Source of the DNA: Bugula neritina
Lineage: Eukaryota > Animalia > Bryozoa
DNA length: 64,000 bases
Direction: 5' to 3'
NCBI GenBank assembly: GCA_964035545.1
Contig: OZ037766.1
Location: 13,010,722 to 13,074,721 of the forward strand
Part shown: one piece after another, positions 24,767-45,347 of the stretch
Position numbering within the stretch: position 1 is the first letter of the stretch
Layout: each line of letters starts with the position of its first letter
Translations under genes and position numbers: made by a program
Notes under the pieces: generated by a model
The model's input: the letters and a program-made list of their open reading frames with translations, nothing else
Told to the model about the DNA's origin: nothing
The model's database searches: none

Positions 24767-24940
24767 CTTACCTATCAATTTTCTTTTTAAATATCACTAT
24801 CTAAATTGAATAATATCAGCGGTAATGCGGAAGCACTAAAAAAAAAAACGGAACACTCACTGTCACACACATGAGGCGCTCTACTAACGTCATATGATGG
24901 TCAAGAGCGTTCTACCTCATCAGAGGTAATCAGAGGTAAT

Positions 24941-25360
24941 TATCATGCGTCACCGCGACTGAGTCTGATGACTGATACTGATAGTCATCACTCATCTAGT
25001 ATCGGTATCAGTATCACTCATGAGTCATAACTGAGTTCAAGTCTTGAGAGTTATGACTTAGTCTTATGAGTTATGAGACTGAGTTAGACTTAGAATATAA
25101 CTATAAGTATCAGTATAATCATTGTGTTTTTCATTATGATTATGTTTATGACGTTGATCAAGATCATAGTTATTAAATTTAATTATTGTTGATGTTAATA
25201 ATTATAATAAATATAATAATATTAGTAATTTTTACTATTAGTAATACTAATACAAATAGTAATACTAATAGTTGTACTTATACTTATAGTAAAACTGAAT
25301 ACTTATTCTCATAGTCATAGTAGCCTAACTCACTTAGTCAGTCATATCTGGTAATACGCA
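24941..25360. repeat. (TNANWN)n tract, right flank of LINE, DERL1 5' intron
   Basis: tgagtc tga tgac tgatac tgatag; tgagac tgag ttagac ttagaa; taatac taatac aaatag taatac taatag. Confidence 0.78.
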
Positions 25361-26434
25361 ACACTAACAGTAATACGAATGGTGCAAAATTCCAGCGTGC
25401 CTCTTGTAGTTGTGCTGTTTTTGTTTAGATTTATCATACATTGTGATTGGAATAAATTAATTGTAGTATGCAGCTAAGTTAGTTTTTAGGTTTTTTAATT
25501 AAATGTGTTGAATATGTTTTAGCACTTTGCAGTTTGCAGGGGATGCTTGTCAATCAAATGGGGTGATAATTGATCTGTTGATAGCAAATTAGACATAACA
25601 ATACTATTTCTAACACTAATAGAATTGTTATTAGTAAAAGTTATAATTATTGTAATAGTATTAGTTAATCACTTAAACTGGTCAAGTTAATGTCATTCAT
25701 TAAATTTAGTTGGTTAGGTATTAATATATTAATGATAATATAAAATAATTTCACTTATTACCAAGTTTAAGTTATAAATATTTGTTTCATTAATTGTAAT
25801 GTCAATACATTGCTCTCTCATTTTATTACAATGCTAGCGTGTGGTTTGGACATGCACATTTTTATTTTGAGTGATTGGTATATATGATTGTGATAATGGT
25901 GAATCTGTAATTTAAAACTGTTTGGTCATTTGATTTTAACCCATCAAGGTTAGCTTTGTAATTTATATGTTTTTTTCTCCAATGCCAATTGCTATAAATA
26001 GTAAAGCTAGAATTTTAATTGAGCAATTCTAATTGTAGACCTTAATTTGAGTTTTCAAATTTTTTTTCAAATTTGCAACTCTGTGCCAGTCTGGGGGTTT
26101 TTTCGAAATTTTGGAAATTTAGTGTGATTCGAAAAAGAAAACCGTTGAATCAATTCAATGCTTCAGTTCTATAAAGTCAATTGTAGAAATTTTTGCAATT
26201 GTAAGTACTTAACTTGAAGTCAATGTGACAGCATTAGTAGCAAATAGCAGTGCTAACTATGGATTTTAATTTTTCTCACTCGCTTTTGACTTGAATGTTG
26301 CATTCTGCAAAAGATATAACTTTTTCAAATTAATATTCAGTTCTTAGCTAGCACAGGGCTGTTCATGAAACAATACTTTGGTTTTTGTATCTTTTGAAGT
26401 TTATTTTGTAGATTTCTTCTGATGATCTTTAAAT

Positions 26435-28982
26435 ATGTCGGGGAATGACATTGGACTATGGTTTCGTAGTATTCCTGACATAACTCGCTACTGGTTTGCT
26501 GGCTCTATCATTTTTCCTCTGGCAGGACGCTTTGGCATACTCAACTATTTTGATATGATATTAGACTATGCATTTATAAGCAGATTTCAGGTATTGAAAA
26601 TATTTTTTTTAAAATGCATGCACTTTTTTTTGGTAATTTTAACTAATTCAGTGTATTTTATTCAGTTTTTAATACAATCAAAGCCAAATCTATCACATAA
26701 GCTTTTCTTTTGTAATAGTAATTGATTTTTTAAAATAAAAATATGCATTAGTTGTGAATCGTTTTTTATAAATAATACATTTACATGCTTATTTACACAT
26801 ACATGATGCGTACATACATAAACTCAAACTGTATACTCCAACTGTTAGATGCGTGTATACATTAATGAAAATAATTGAAAAATTATAGAACAAAAATATA
26901 CGCCTTTGTCAAATAGAAATATATTTATATTTTCAGATATGGAGGCCATTCACCTGTTTACTCTACTATCCTATTACCCCAGCTACCGGATTCCACTATC
27001 TCATAATGCTGTACTTTCTTTATTCATATTCAAGTAGGCTTGAATCAGGTTGGTGGTCAAATTTGATAAAACTGAGGTTAAAATGCTTTAAATATTATTT
27101 TTGAGAATACAAAAGATATGCTAAAATTAATTTAATAGTTTTCATTTAAAAACTATCACACAGCTTCAGGAGTTAAAAAATTATAATATAAGTTTGTTTA
27201 GTTTTGGTTTTACTAATATTGCCAGAGACGAGTTAGTCAAGTTGCATGTTTATAATACTAAATTGAAGACTGCTTAGGCTACAGGTTAAAGTAACCTACC
27301 CTAAGGTTATGCTATATAACCAATTCTTTTTGGTGGCTTAATTGTGTCTTGTATGGGAAAAATAATTTTCAAAAGCTTGGTGGCATCTGGTTTGACGTAG
27401 CGCTAACTAAAACTGTTGAATGTTTGCAGTCTATTATAGTCTGTGGCTATTAGTTCTGTTAATTGTAGATATCTATATTTCTTACTGGAGATATCAAATA
27501 GTTTGTTACGTAAAAGACTATTGTCAACTTTACTGTCGGTGTTTTGTAAAATAAAATTTTGTAAAATAAAAGTTTTACGTCATATGTGTCACACTCCTCT
27601 GTCAACAGAGTGTACTATTATGCTATAATGTTTGCTATAAGTATACATGGTGCCAATGTGTATATTATACAAACCCAACACTTTGCTAAAGTATTATGTG
27701 TTTTGTGCGTTTTTGTAGGGTTATTCGCAGGCAAACCTGCAGATTATCTGTTTCTGGTAATATTCAACTGGTTGGCACTGATCGTAGTCTGCTTATTTCT
27801 TGGCTTTCCTCTTCTATTTGACCCGATGGTTATGTCAGTTTTATACATCTGGTGTCAACTAAACAGAGATAATATTGTCAGCTTTTGGTTCGGAACGCAA
27901 TTTAAGGTAAACAGGTATTCTCTTTCAATTATTGTTTACAGTACAATTAAGTTTGCATATTCACTCATATAACAACACAAATTTGGAATACAATTTTCAA
28001 TATAATCCATGTTATTTATTATGCCACTTGGTGAACATTTAAGATTGTCTGAATTTGTTCAAATATATATCATTTTTGTGTAAGCTCTTTTTTAAAGTCA
28101 AACTATTTATTAGCTTTACACTATCTATTCTGAGAATTATACATGTTATGTTGTATATTTTAGGCGATGTATTTACCTTGGGTTTTACTTGCTTTCAATC
28201 TAATTATAAGAGGAGGGTAAGCAAAATATATCTTCCTTCTTGATTATGATTGCCTATAATGTAAAAAAACAACCAAAGTTAATTTTAACCTAGGCAATAT
28301 ATGTAGTCTCAAATCTCCATGAAACAATATTGTTTTACTTTACTAAAATATTAAACTTTTTACTGAAATATAATGCTATTGAATAAAAAAGTTGTTTGAG
28401 TTCATAAAACTTCCCTAAAAGTACCTGCAATTTCAATTTAAACGAACAATATATTAGCTATTTTATACAAATGAGCTATATGTTTACTAGTTGACTTGTT
28501 TTGGGTAGCGGAAATATTGTTATAATACTTATATTTCTTGTATTGTATATTGTAGAGGATTCTCTGAGCTGCTGGGTATTCTAGTCGGGCATTTATACTT
28601 CTTCCTTATGTTCAAGTACCCTCAAGACTTTGGTGGCAGGACTTTGATTAGTACGCCCAGCTTTTTGTAAGTTCAACTTTACAAAAGTTCATGAAGCTGG
28701 CTGTCAATTGGGTTTAGTTTAGCGGAAAACTTCTTATAATTCTAGGATGTGAATTTCTTTGAGGACAGGAATAAATATAGTGAAGAATATACATTATATA
28801 ATAAAAAAAGTGTTAACCTAAGTTGTATTGCTTTCTTTGACAGCTATAACTTTCTGCCAAATCACAGAGGAGTGATGAGTGGTTTTGGATCTGCACCGCC
28901 AACTCGACAGCCTGCTGCTCGTGCAAACCAGCAGGGGGGTGCACACAGATGGGGTCAAGGGAATGTGCTAGGTGGCCAATAA
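26435..28982 (+). CDS. DERL1: Derlin-1; exons 26435-26590, 26937-27048, 27719-27906, 28164-28216, 28556-28666, 28844-28982
   Basis: MSGNDIGLWFRSIPDITRYWF..FQIWRP..GFHYLIMLYFLYSYSSRLE..KPADYLF..VSFWFGTQFKAMYLPWVL..GILVGHLYFFLMFKYPQDFGG..HRWGQGNVLGG (SHP box). All introns are GT-AG and in phase. Confidence 0.96.
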
Positions 28983-29794
28983 GCACGGCTTACCTGCTAG
29001 AAAATTTAACTCTTATAATCATGATGTAAAAAGCCTTTATTTCTCTCTAATATTATAAATATCAATTTTAACTGAAACATTTAAATTGATACAAAAATTT
29101 AAAGAAATCGAAATAATTTGGTGAAATGAGTTTGTCTCTGTTGTAATTATTTATTTCTATGTGCATTCATACTTGTGATTTGAATGCTGTTTTATTATAG
29201 GCAGAAAATCGTTAAATGTTACTTTGACTTCTATGGTATTGTATAAAGAGGATGTAATATATCTGCTTTTTTGTTCATATAGATTGTTATAAATAAACGT
29301 CTGGTAAATGTATGCATTGGTGTGGCCTAGTATGATTTAAAAACAGCCCTAAGACTTAATGTTGACCAATTCTGTATTACTTCATTGTAAATGGTTAAAC
29401 GTAAATGTGTTACTATTGTAAAAAACATGCCCATGCAAGGTGTATTTGATACATGCAAAAACTGTGTATAAATTATGTTATGAGTGGTAAATTGGGCCAT
29501 TACAATCAGTCACTCGATACCTGTAAATTATAAAATAATTATATAGCAAAAATGTTGTCTTACATGACTTGGGAATTGGGATAATAGCTCATAACATATT
29601 TTGGGTCTATCATTTACTCAATGGTGCATATCAAAATGGAGGTTGAATTTGTTGTAAGAGAAGGCAACTCTGCAATCACATTTTGTTGGCTAAAATAAAG
29701 AAGACTTTGTTTCTGGATGCTATTTAACCCTTCGGATGCATCTACAGACCCCCAAAGAATAGTGCTTGTGTCTGGTAGATTAACAACTATAAAT

Positions 29795-36335
<6,541 letters not shown>

Positions 36336-38136
36336 TGGCTTACTCTCTGCTCCCTAGTTTCAGGTACAGTTGCATTGTCTAAGATTTTCTAGTATTCTAG
36401 TAATAGTAACACTGCGCATATATTTAGTCTACAGTCAAATAAGCAAAAATAAAGAAATTTTCAGGTTTTGAAGTAATATTCAGTATTTATTTTGATTTGA
36501 ACGTTTATTTTAGAAATTGCTCAACTCAATGGCAATGTTCCAGCTTGTTATAACATATTTGTATTCTTAAACTGTGGAGTACTAAAAATTGTTTGCAGAG
36601 TCACTAGGTCTTTGCTTCAAGAATAATTTCGTAATGGTAGTGCAGTTTTTTCTGGTGTCTAGAGAACTACTGGTCATACAATGAATAATCTTTCATTGTT
36701 TACCAAGTTTAGTGTATTAATTCAGCTTGCCCCTGACTGCATAGTATTTGCAGTTTGTATCTTTTGATAGATTGCATGTAATATAAAAGCTATAATTGAT
36801 GTGCACAATTATGTTTAGTCTACCTAATATACAGTGTAATTAGTATGTATGAGCAGGTCAAAGATATTAATGAATTTTTGTGCTATATGCAAAGTCCTAA
36901 CTCTAAGTTGAGTACCCTTGCTTTAATTTTCTCTGCTGTGAAACGTTAATCTGCATAAATATGTCATTTATAAATATATTTGTTAGATATTTCTTGAAAA
37001 TAGCCTAAGCTCTTTCTGTTCTACAGGAACTACCAGAAAGGCTGTGAGATTAAATTGCTGGTGATTGAAAACTCAAGGATCTACTGGGTATTTAGGGTTC
37101 TCCTATTATTTTATTGGTAATTAATAGATTAACAATAATTATAGAAGGCAAGGCATCCAAGGACTATGATTATTGGGCTGTTGTAGTAATATTTTCACAG
37201 GTCAGGAGCAGTTGTTAGGGTGAATGTTAGGTTAGACTGCCTAATGTATGAAATTAACTAACAAATTTATAGCTGAGCCCCAAATTATATATAGTATCTT
37301 AGAGACTTGTTAGAAATTGTTGGCTAATTATAATGATTAGTTACATTGTTAGTATGGTCATGATGGGGTTCAAAAGTTTAACTAAGTTATCACTGTTTAG
37401 ATTTTAATATAATGTTTTAAGATATTATGTTAAAATCTCTTTCTTATGCCAAATGTGTAAATTAGATTTATAAATTCAGTAAGGTTTTAGTTCTATACTG
37501 AAATTTTCTAAAAAAGCTAGCAAACATATTTTGATGCTGTAATTTTTTCAATTTGTGCTTGAAAATTAAATGAGTGATAAAATAGTATTAATCTATTTTT
37601 AGTATCATTTTTTGCCGTTATTAGAGATCAGTATTGCTCTTAGGTTCATACAATTTTGAGTTAAAAAACTGGAATTATAATTTTGAACTTAGATGAATAT
37701 GCAATCTAAGTTGTTTAAGTTCTCTATCATTGACTACTAACAGCAAGTTGTATTGAAGTTGAGAAGATATATATGCACAATCATATATTTGTTTTATTAC
37801 TCTGCCGTTGGAAGCTGCCAACACGAATAATCATCATATCTGATTAGGTTATTTGTACTAGTAGGGAATAAAGAGCATCTACTGTTTCAATCTTCGAGTA
37901 CATCTATATTTAAAACCTCATCTTGAAATTAATCAGTTTTTCATAAAGAAGGACATAAATCGTAGAATATATGCGTGTATGTCACAGTCTCAAAATATAA
38001 TAATAAAATTAATACTTGAGTGCTAGTTAAAGATAAATAACAAGTGTTGCGTCATGCAATATCACTCGTAGGCTGTACCAGAATACTAATTACCAATAAC
38101 TTATAAGAAATGTCAAGATCTCAGCTACAGATTATA

Positions 38137-39360
38137 TTACGAAGTGTATTCTGGAGAGAGTGAACGCTGAAGTAAATGTTGTGAGACATCTCTGCCAGCT
38201 GGCAAGTTTTCTTTTATTGGTAGAAGAAAGTGGTGAGGCTCAGCGTGCTGCTTTTCCACGGCCATATTTTTTAGCTCAATCATTGATGTCGAAGGACTAC
38301 TTGGACTGGGTGGTGACTTGGCAGACATCCTGTTACGATTCATCTGGTTATTTCTTTCCTGATGACTGGTCAAAGTTCTGGTTTTACATTTACAACAAAA
38401 GGCTAAAAATTTTCTCCAAATTTTCCTAAAGTGACAGTTAAAGTTTTCATTCATCCAGCCATACAGAAATGGGTTATAAATAACTGAGCTCATAGCCAAT
38501 ATGTGCATAAATAAAAAAATCATCAAAAAATTTTCTTCTGGTATTAGATTTAATTCAGCTGTAGTAAATATCAAATCTATTGGCAGCCAACAGACAATAA
38601 AGGTCACGATCATAGCGATGAGCATTCGGTTTATACGGCGGTTTCGTTGCACATCTTGTTTTTCTTTTTGAACATCCATGTTGTTGCAAAACTTTTTCTT
38701 CATTCGTCGGTTTAATCGTATTGAAATAGTTGCGTAACAAACAGTGATGATAGCTGATGGAATGACCATGCGTAACACAAATATTGACCACCCATACATA
38801 CTTGCCGCCTTGGTGGTTGGCCATGACTCATTGCAGGCGTATCTCACAGGTTCACCACCTGATTCTTGATGTTTGGTGAAGACTCCAATTGGGACTGCTG
38901 CCGTCGATGCCAGAATCCATATAAATCCAATAATTAACAGTTGCATCTTGCCAGACATCCTTTTTGCGTGCGGGTATACGATGACAAGATACCTGTCTAT
39001 TGCTATGACAACTGAGGTCAAGGTTGATACAAACACACTGATTACTAGAATTACTGGAACCAACTTGCACATGGCCTTTCCAAACATCCATGATTTGGTG
39101 AGGGCTTGGATTGGTGTAAAGGGAATAGCAAACAGGCAGATCAGTAAATCACTAGCACTAAGACATGCTATGAAATTGTTGGTGATGGTTTGCATGGACT
39201 TGTGGCTAATTACTACATACAGTACCAAAACATTTCCAAAAACACCAATGATGAATATCAGGCTGTAGAGTACCAACATCAAAGTAACTACTGCAGGCTG
39301 GCGCTGTAATAATCCGGAAGTCGTTTCTTCGAGTAGTGGATAGCTTTCTGTTACGTTCAT
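38137..39360 (-). CDS. Class A neuropeptide GPCR, NPY/prolactin-releasing peptide/sNPF receptor-like; intronless CDS
   Basis: 407 aa with 7 hydrophobic segments and the motifs GNVLV, LSASD, PFTP, WMFG..CK, IAIDRY, CWLP and YNPFLYGWMNENF. Confidence 0.92.
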   Translation of the reverse strand: MNVTESYPLLEETTSGLLQRQPAVVTLMLVLYSLIFIIGVFGNVLVLYVVISHKSMQTITNNFIACLSASDLLICLFAIPFTPIQALTKSWMFGKAMCKLVPVILVISVFVSTLTSVVIAIDRYLVIVYPHAKRMSGKMQLLIIGFIWILASTAAVPIGVFTKHQESGGEPVRYACNESWPTTKAASMYGWSIFVLRMVIPSAIITVCYATISIRLNRRMKKKFCNNMDVQKEKQDVQRNRRINRMLIAMIVTFIVCWLPIDLIFTTAELNLIPEENFLMIFLFMHILAMSSVIYNPFLYGWMNENFNCHFRKIWRKFLAFCCKCKTRTLTSHQERNNQMNRNRMSAKSPPSPSSPSTSMIELKNMAVEKQHAEPHHFLLPIKENLPAGRDVSQHLLQRSLSPEYTS

Positions 39361-42300
39361 GGCAGAAGTATTTTTATCACAAAGTCTACAATCAATCGGT
39401 AAAATACTTGCAAGTGTAATGTCTATACAACATGACTATCCCATGTCAACACTTGAGTAACACTATACTTAACACATCACACCAGCAAGTTGTTCTCTTG
39501 ATGAATAATTTATGTCATTTTCCCTTAGCAGAACTATTATTTCAAATGACTGAGTATTTGCTTGTCATTTGCTGATTCCAAGTATAGTTTAATCAAAGTG
39601 CAAGCTCATGTATATTTTACATGCATCAAGTATGACTTTTAAATCAATATCCATGGTTAGTAGCTGGCAAGCTAATAATGAAGAAAATATATTGTTAATT
39701 TGTGGTCAAATGTTGTATGGGACTAAATTTACTCTAAGTGACTAAAAAATAACTTTGGTAGACACTAGACTTAATGGAAAATAGCTTCGAGGTGCAGATT
39801 TAGTTTTACCCACTCATTTATCAACGTATAACCAAGGTTAATTTTGATAACCATAATATAATTTCATAAATGTACTAGTTAGCAGTTACAATATTTTTAA
39901 ACCATATAACATTCAACCAATGTTTGTAATAATTAAAGAGAAACAATATAATATATTACAAACACATTATGTAAATAAAACAATTACTTACTATTACAAC
40001 TGATGCAACTTATAAGGTGTACAGTGCACGACGAAGTAAACTATCCTGCTTAGATATCAAACTATTTTTCTGCTAATGCTGCCCATTTTTACCAGATTGT
40101 AGCTGATTTAGTTTTTATAAATGTTTACTTTCAAATAACTACTAAGCTAGTGCTGGCATGCTATCACTACTCACTAGAAAATGTGTCTAAGAATCTATCA
40201 GCCTACAGTAAATATTAAACTCCCAAAACAGCATAATATTATATGCCTGTTACTACTAGAATACTTTGTATTTGCGTTATATGGAAAGTGCTTATTATAA
40301 TTCTTTATTAGTTTAGAATCGCTCAAAATTGATAGCAATTGTTTTCTAGAAACCTACTTAATTTTTGACAATGGTTAAGCAACTACTGTCATCAAAGTTC
40401 TTATGATAGAATTTCAGGTCCCCCAAAACAACCAAAACAGCTAAAAAGCTAATCATACAGATGATTAATACTTTTTGAAAAAAGTTGCCTCACAATAATT
40501 AATAAGTCAATAACTACTGTTGAGACATCTAATATGTATTTCATAGATTTATTTTTCATTTATCCTACCAAGTAATAACAACAAATATGTTTTATTGGTG
40601 GCTCCATTATAAAAGCTAAACTGCTAGCATAAACTTAAAATATTGAAACTTGATAACTAATGTTTTTGGACACAAATTTACCTGAAGCAAATAAATCCAA
40701 AGATGGAGCACTCCGGCACAAGCTGTCTTATCAACAACAACCGTTCATTTAAGAAGCAATCATTCAGTTTATGATATAACGCAAACTCTCATAGTAAAAA
40801 TCAATAAAAATAGTAATTGGTGTGCATGTCAGAAAGGTAAGAAGAAAATTATTAGTTTCTGAGTATTTAGACCAACAAATTTAATTGCTCAGAATTCTTT
40901 AAAAAAATAATAACAGCTCATAACGCAACAGGAGCTGTATGTGATATGATGAGCTAGCTGTTATTGTTCAAACATTGAATACCTCTATATATAGTATTAT
41001 AATAATCATTATACATGGTTTGTGCAGGTGCAATCTTGGATAATAAGATCAATCAACCTAATGCACTTCTCACAGACTGCTAGGAAATCTTCACAAACTG
41101 TTTAACAGTAATGAAATATTTGCTTCATGGCAAGAAGGTAGTTGAAAAACTGAACAACATATTTACAGACGAAACTTTTGATAATTTTCACTTATTTTAC
41201 ACCAATATTACATTGAAATCTACTTATATACCTTGTCCACACTCACTGCGGAAAGCTGATATCAAACACTCTTTCACTATAAATTGGTATATGCTTAGCA
41301 CTTGACAAAGATTACCTTATCAGTGCAGTGCAATATAAATACGACTATATGCATCTATATTAAAAAAGTAAAATTCTATATAATTTTATTTGTCAAATAG
41401 ATGACTAATTTATATGCTGCCATAGTTATATACTTTATTAGCTTTATTTCTATAATAAACAAAGGTGATTTTACTTTGTTCTGGTGCATTGTTGGTGAGA
41501 ATGCAGCTGCGGTGCAAGTAAAGATGATCTACAAAGTTTTTTAAAGACCATCTGACTGCTACAGAATTCACTTGATCAAATGATCAAGATACCCAAACTT
41601 ACTACAATATATAACAAAATGGTGTGTGTGTTGTGTGTGTGTAAGTATAGTCCCATAGCCCAATATGAATTGATGCAATATTATTATAACAGAAAATAAT
41701 GAAGATATCAAAGTTATCAAGCAGACAATTTCATTCTTGCAAATGTATATATTATACACTCTAAATAAAACAATGATCAGTAAATGTTTAAAAATATGCC
41801 ATTGTGTAAACTGTAAACATCATTACAGCAGTGGTGTTTTTGCACACCTGAACACATAAATTCCTTTAAAAACTAAAGTGCTTCATACTATGCACTTCGT
41901 ACACACACAACATTGCCATCATGCAATAACTCTTCCTTGAGCAATAAGTAAAATTTATAAACTTGTAGCTTGTGTTCTTATATGTGTCCTTAATGCATGC
42001 ATGTATTTTCAATATACAATGCAATAGATATCCATGTAGTTTATAAGGAGTACTATATTTGCAGCTCTATAACATTATTATCGAAATTTCATAATTAAAT
42101 GCAAAAATAAGCGCATAACGTCTCCACATAAATATGATTTTCTATGAGATGATCTAGTCTTATGGAAACAGAAGGATCCATTAAGCAGCATGCTGACATC
42201 ATATTATTCAGTCAATGACTTTATTATTGATCTTGTTTAAATTATAAAATTTATTCAATTCATGGTATTGTGTACACTCGACAAATAATATCCCCTCTTA

Positions 42301-42380
42301 GAGTTGAAGAAACATTCTATAAAAAGAGAGACAGTTCATAGAACGCAAACTAAATGTCAATCTGAACTATTTTTCCAGTA

Positions 42381-45347
42381 CTAATGATCACATTCTTTGT
42401 AAAACCTAAGTCCACAATATCCACAGGTGTGATTCCCAGGTTGGTCCTAAAATAAAAAAAAAACAATTTATAAAATTATTCAGTTTCTAAATGTCTAAAA
42501 TTAGCAGTGATTGAACTCTGTTTGATTATAACCTAGACATTTTGACTAGTCAATAACACATTATGATTATACTGCTCCTACAAATCTTAAAAATTTGAAA
42601 AAGCAAAACTACTTTTAACCTTTTAATGCCATTTATTCAAATGCACAAGCCTACTACACTGACAATTTAGCAATTGTTTTAAAAAGTATATAATAAAATT
42701 TTCATCTCAAAAATAGGCTTAACCAATGAAACAGACGACAAATCAACACTATAATCTAATATCAAAAATGTTTAAAATCAGATAGAATAACTTGACAACA
42801 TTGTGTAAAACTCTAACAATGTGTTTCCTTGGTTTTTACAAGTTTGGTAAAATGTACACTTTTATTGCTTGGTATAATACCATTAGCATATAGAGATGAT
42901 ACTTTGAACCATCCTGCTTAGCTTACTACTGCCCATGCAGTGTATACAATGAATAATGATGTAAAAGTAACGAAAATGAAACAGATAAGCATTGGGAAAT
43001 TTTTAGTTTTTCAAAAAGCACTTTTACGGAAAAAATAAAAATGGATAGTTGAAAAGTTTTAAGCGAAAAGCAATCTATAAAATCAAAAATACTGACCAAA
43101 GAAAAATTACTACACAAGAAACATGTATATTTGGCAGGATATAAATAGTGGCAGTTGTAATTGTGGCGATAACAGTAGGATTAGTAGTGGCTACAGTAAC
43201 AGCGAAGAAGAGTTATCAGCACATTTCACACAAGAGGAAACAACTCCAGTCAAATTATTTTAAAATTTTTCAAGTCTTTGAAAATTGAACTGAAACGCAT
43301 TAAAGGATTGCTCAATCTTAGTTTATTACAATCACATTATAATTATGAACTATAATCTAATGTGTATGCAAACAATTGTGACGTTGCAAAGGGATATGTG
43401 CCTAGAAAACAGCTTTTCAAAATTCCAATTTTGAGGGAGGTAAAATTTTCAGCCATGAAAAAGAATATGCTGCACGTGCTAACTATAACGCTAGTATTCA
43501 AGGTTGCTGAGCACAACATCAACCAATAACGCTCAAGCAGTTACAGTGCGTTATATAGGTCAGCTTTGGTGTGCCCGTAACATTGCACAATCTGACCTAG
43601 TTTAGATCGATCGCAGGCATTCATCCTAAAGAATGCATGTTTTTGCAATGTTTTTTTTATGTTTACAAGCAAAATATGGCCTAATGTTATCACATACATG
43701 TTATTTAAAATGTCAAAAAACTATAGATTGAGATAATTCACATTTGCACTTCTATAAATATATACAAATTACGAGCTGAAAGATCACATCTCACAGTCAT
43801 ATTTCTATAGTTATTCATTTGTATAGTCACGTGACCAGCAGGAATTCTGGCGCTGTTACGTCACATTTCCCAGCTCATTTCAAAATCGGCGTTTTGGCTG
43901 TTACCAATCTACACCCTCAACTTCAACTAACTTTTTCTACCTTTGGTCAAATGCTTTTTGTCAATGCACGCTTAGAAAAACACAATATTATGTGTGTTTG
44001 ACCTAAATGGCCATTTATTAGACAACATAGAGCAATCCTTTAAACCTACAAATGTTTCCATCCTTTCGCAGTATTACTAATAATGCCTTAGAAATATGTA
44101 CATTGACAAAAATTAGGTATGAAATAATGCAAATTGTCTTAAACTAATTGCTGATAAACTCACCAAGTTTATGTAGACCTTTGGATGTCCTAATGGTCCA
44201 CCACCACCATCACATGACACTACACGGCTGGTACTACCAACAGGAGCAACAGTAGCTATAAGATCAATAGCGAATCGACTGTTAACTTGCTTCTCTCTGT
44301 CCACAAATCGAACTAATCGCTTGTCATCGTCTTTCCATTGCTGTAATATGTTAATATATTCTGTGACGTAAATGAAAAGTTCGCAACAATATATTAACTG
44401 GTATGCTTGAAATTTAAATATGATCATGAGTCTTTTTGAGTTAGATTTCAATCAGAAAATCAGATCTTCTTTAAAAAAGTATAAATTGTAGCATACAAGT
44501 AATAAGCAAAGCTAGAATAAACACTCAATTGCTACAGTGAGTGAGTGTGAGTGTTAGTGTGAGAGTGTAAGTGAGTGTGAGCAAAAATAGTCATAGTTAT
44601 TGAATTGATTAAAATAACAAAATTAGTTTTTTGCTTTAAACTAAAACTGTTAAATATTTTAGAGGAAAGACAGGCCTGTGTTTGAACACTTAACACATTA
44701 ATTTGCCTAGCCGTGTGAAGTAGCCCTCTGTCCCAGAGCTAACAAGACAATTTCAACATTTACTATAAAACTAAATAAGCGAAGTCTGTACTTTTCATTT
44801 TGAATTTTAACCTGGTCAAACTTCAAACACATTTGGTTTGACATCCCATAAGGCATAAGTCAGTCAAAACATACCAGACACAGTCAAACTATTAAAGCAC
44901 CTTCACAAAATTTAGCAGGTTGTTTCAAGCAAAGAGAATCAATTTAAAGTACATGTCTGTAAGCGTTTATGACTGGGAATCAGCTGACAACATGACCTAG
45001 CTCAGAACAAAAATACCAACAGCAACAAAAAGTATGAATAACCATCACCATGTATTATGTTTAATTTTATCATTATCATTATGATTAATATTATTATTAT
45101 CCTTATCAGCTTATGCGATTTAATCATTTGATTTATGAATAATGATACTCATGTTTATACTTATATTTATAGATAATAGTCACCACAAACTAACAACTAC
45201 GTTAAGTACCTGGCCAGTGTGTGTTTGTTTATCTTGCGGTGCTGACAGATAAATATTTATATTGGTTGAGAAATATCTTCCAGTTTTACAAGTACTTGGT
45301 AGAGTTCGTTCAATACAAGAAGTGCACAATTTTAGCAAGGCAGCCAT
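42381..45347 (-). CDS. NDUFS6: NADH:ubiquinone oxidoreductase subunit S6; exons 45347-45210, 44340-44164, 42446-42381
   Basis: THTGQ|[49 protein letters not shown]|[15 protein letters not shown] (zf-CHCC). Confidence 0.96.

Larger units (their letters stand above)
20700..24940 (+). mobile_element. Apparently full-length CR1/L2-group LINE (5' boundary approximate)
   Basis: 5'UTR, PHD-finger ORF1, intact APE-RT ORF2, 3'UTR stem-loop and a (cagaggtaat)x2 tail. Confidence 0.93.

Noticed and set aside
43430-43930. E-box (gtcacgtgac) and CRE-like (ttacgtca) cluster in NDUFS6 intron 2
   Set aside because: It could be a decayed MITE interior or a regulatory site, and the weak termini do not let me tell which.
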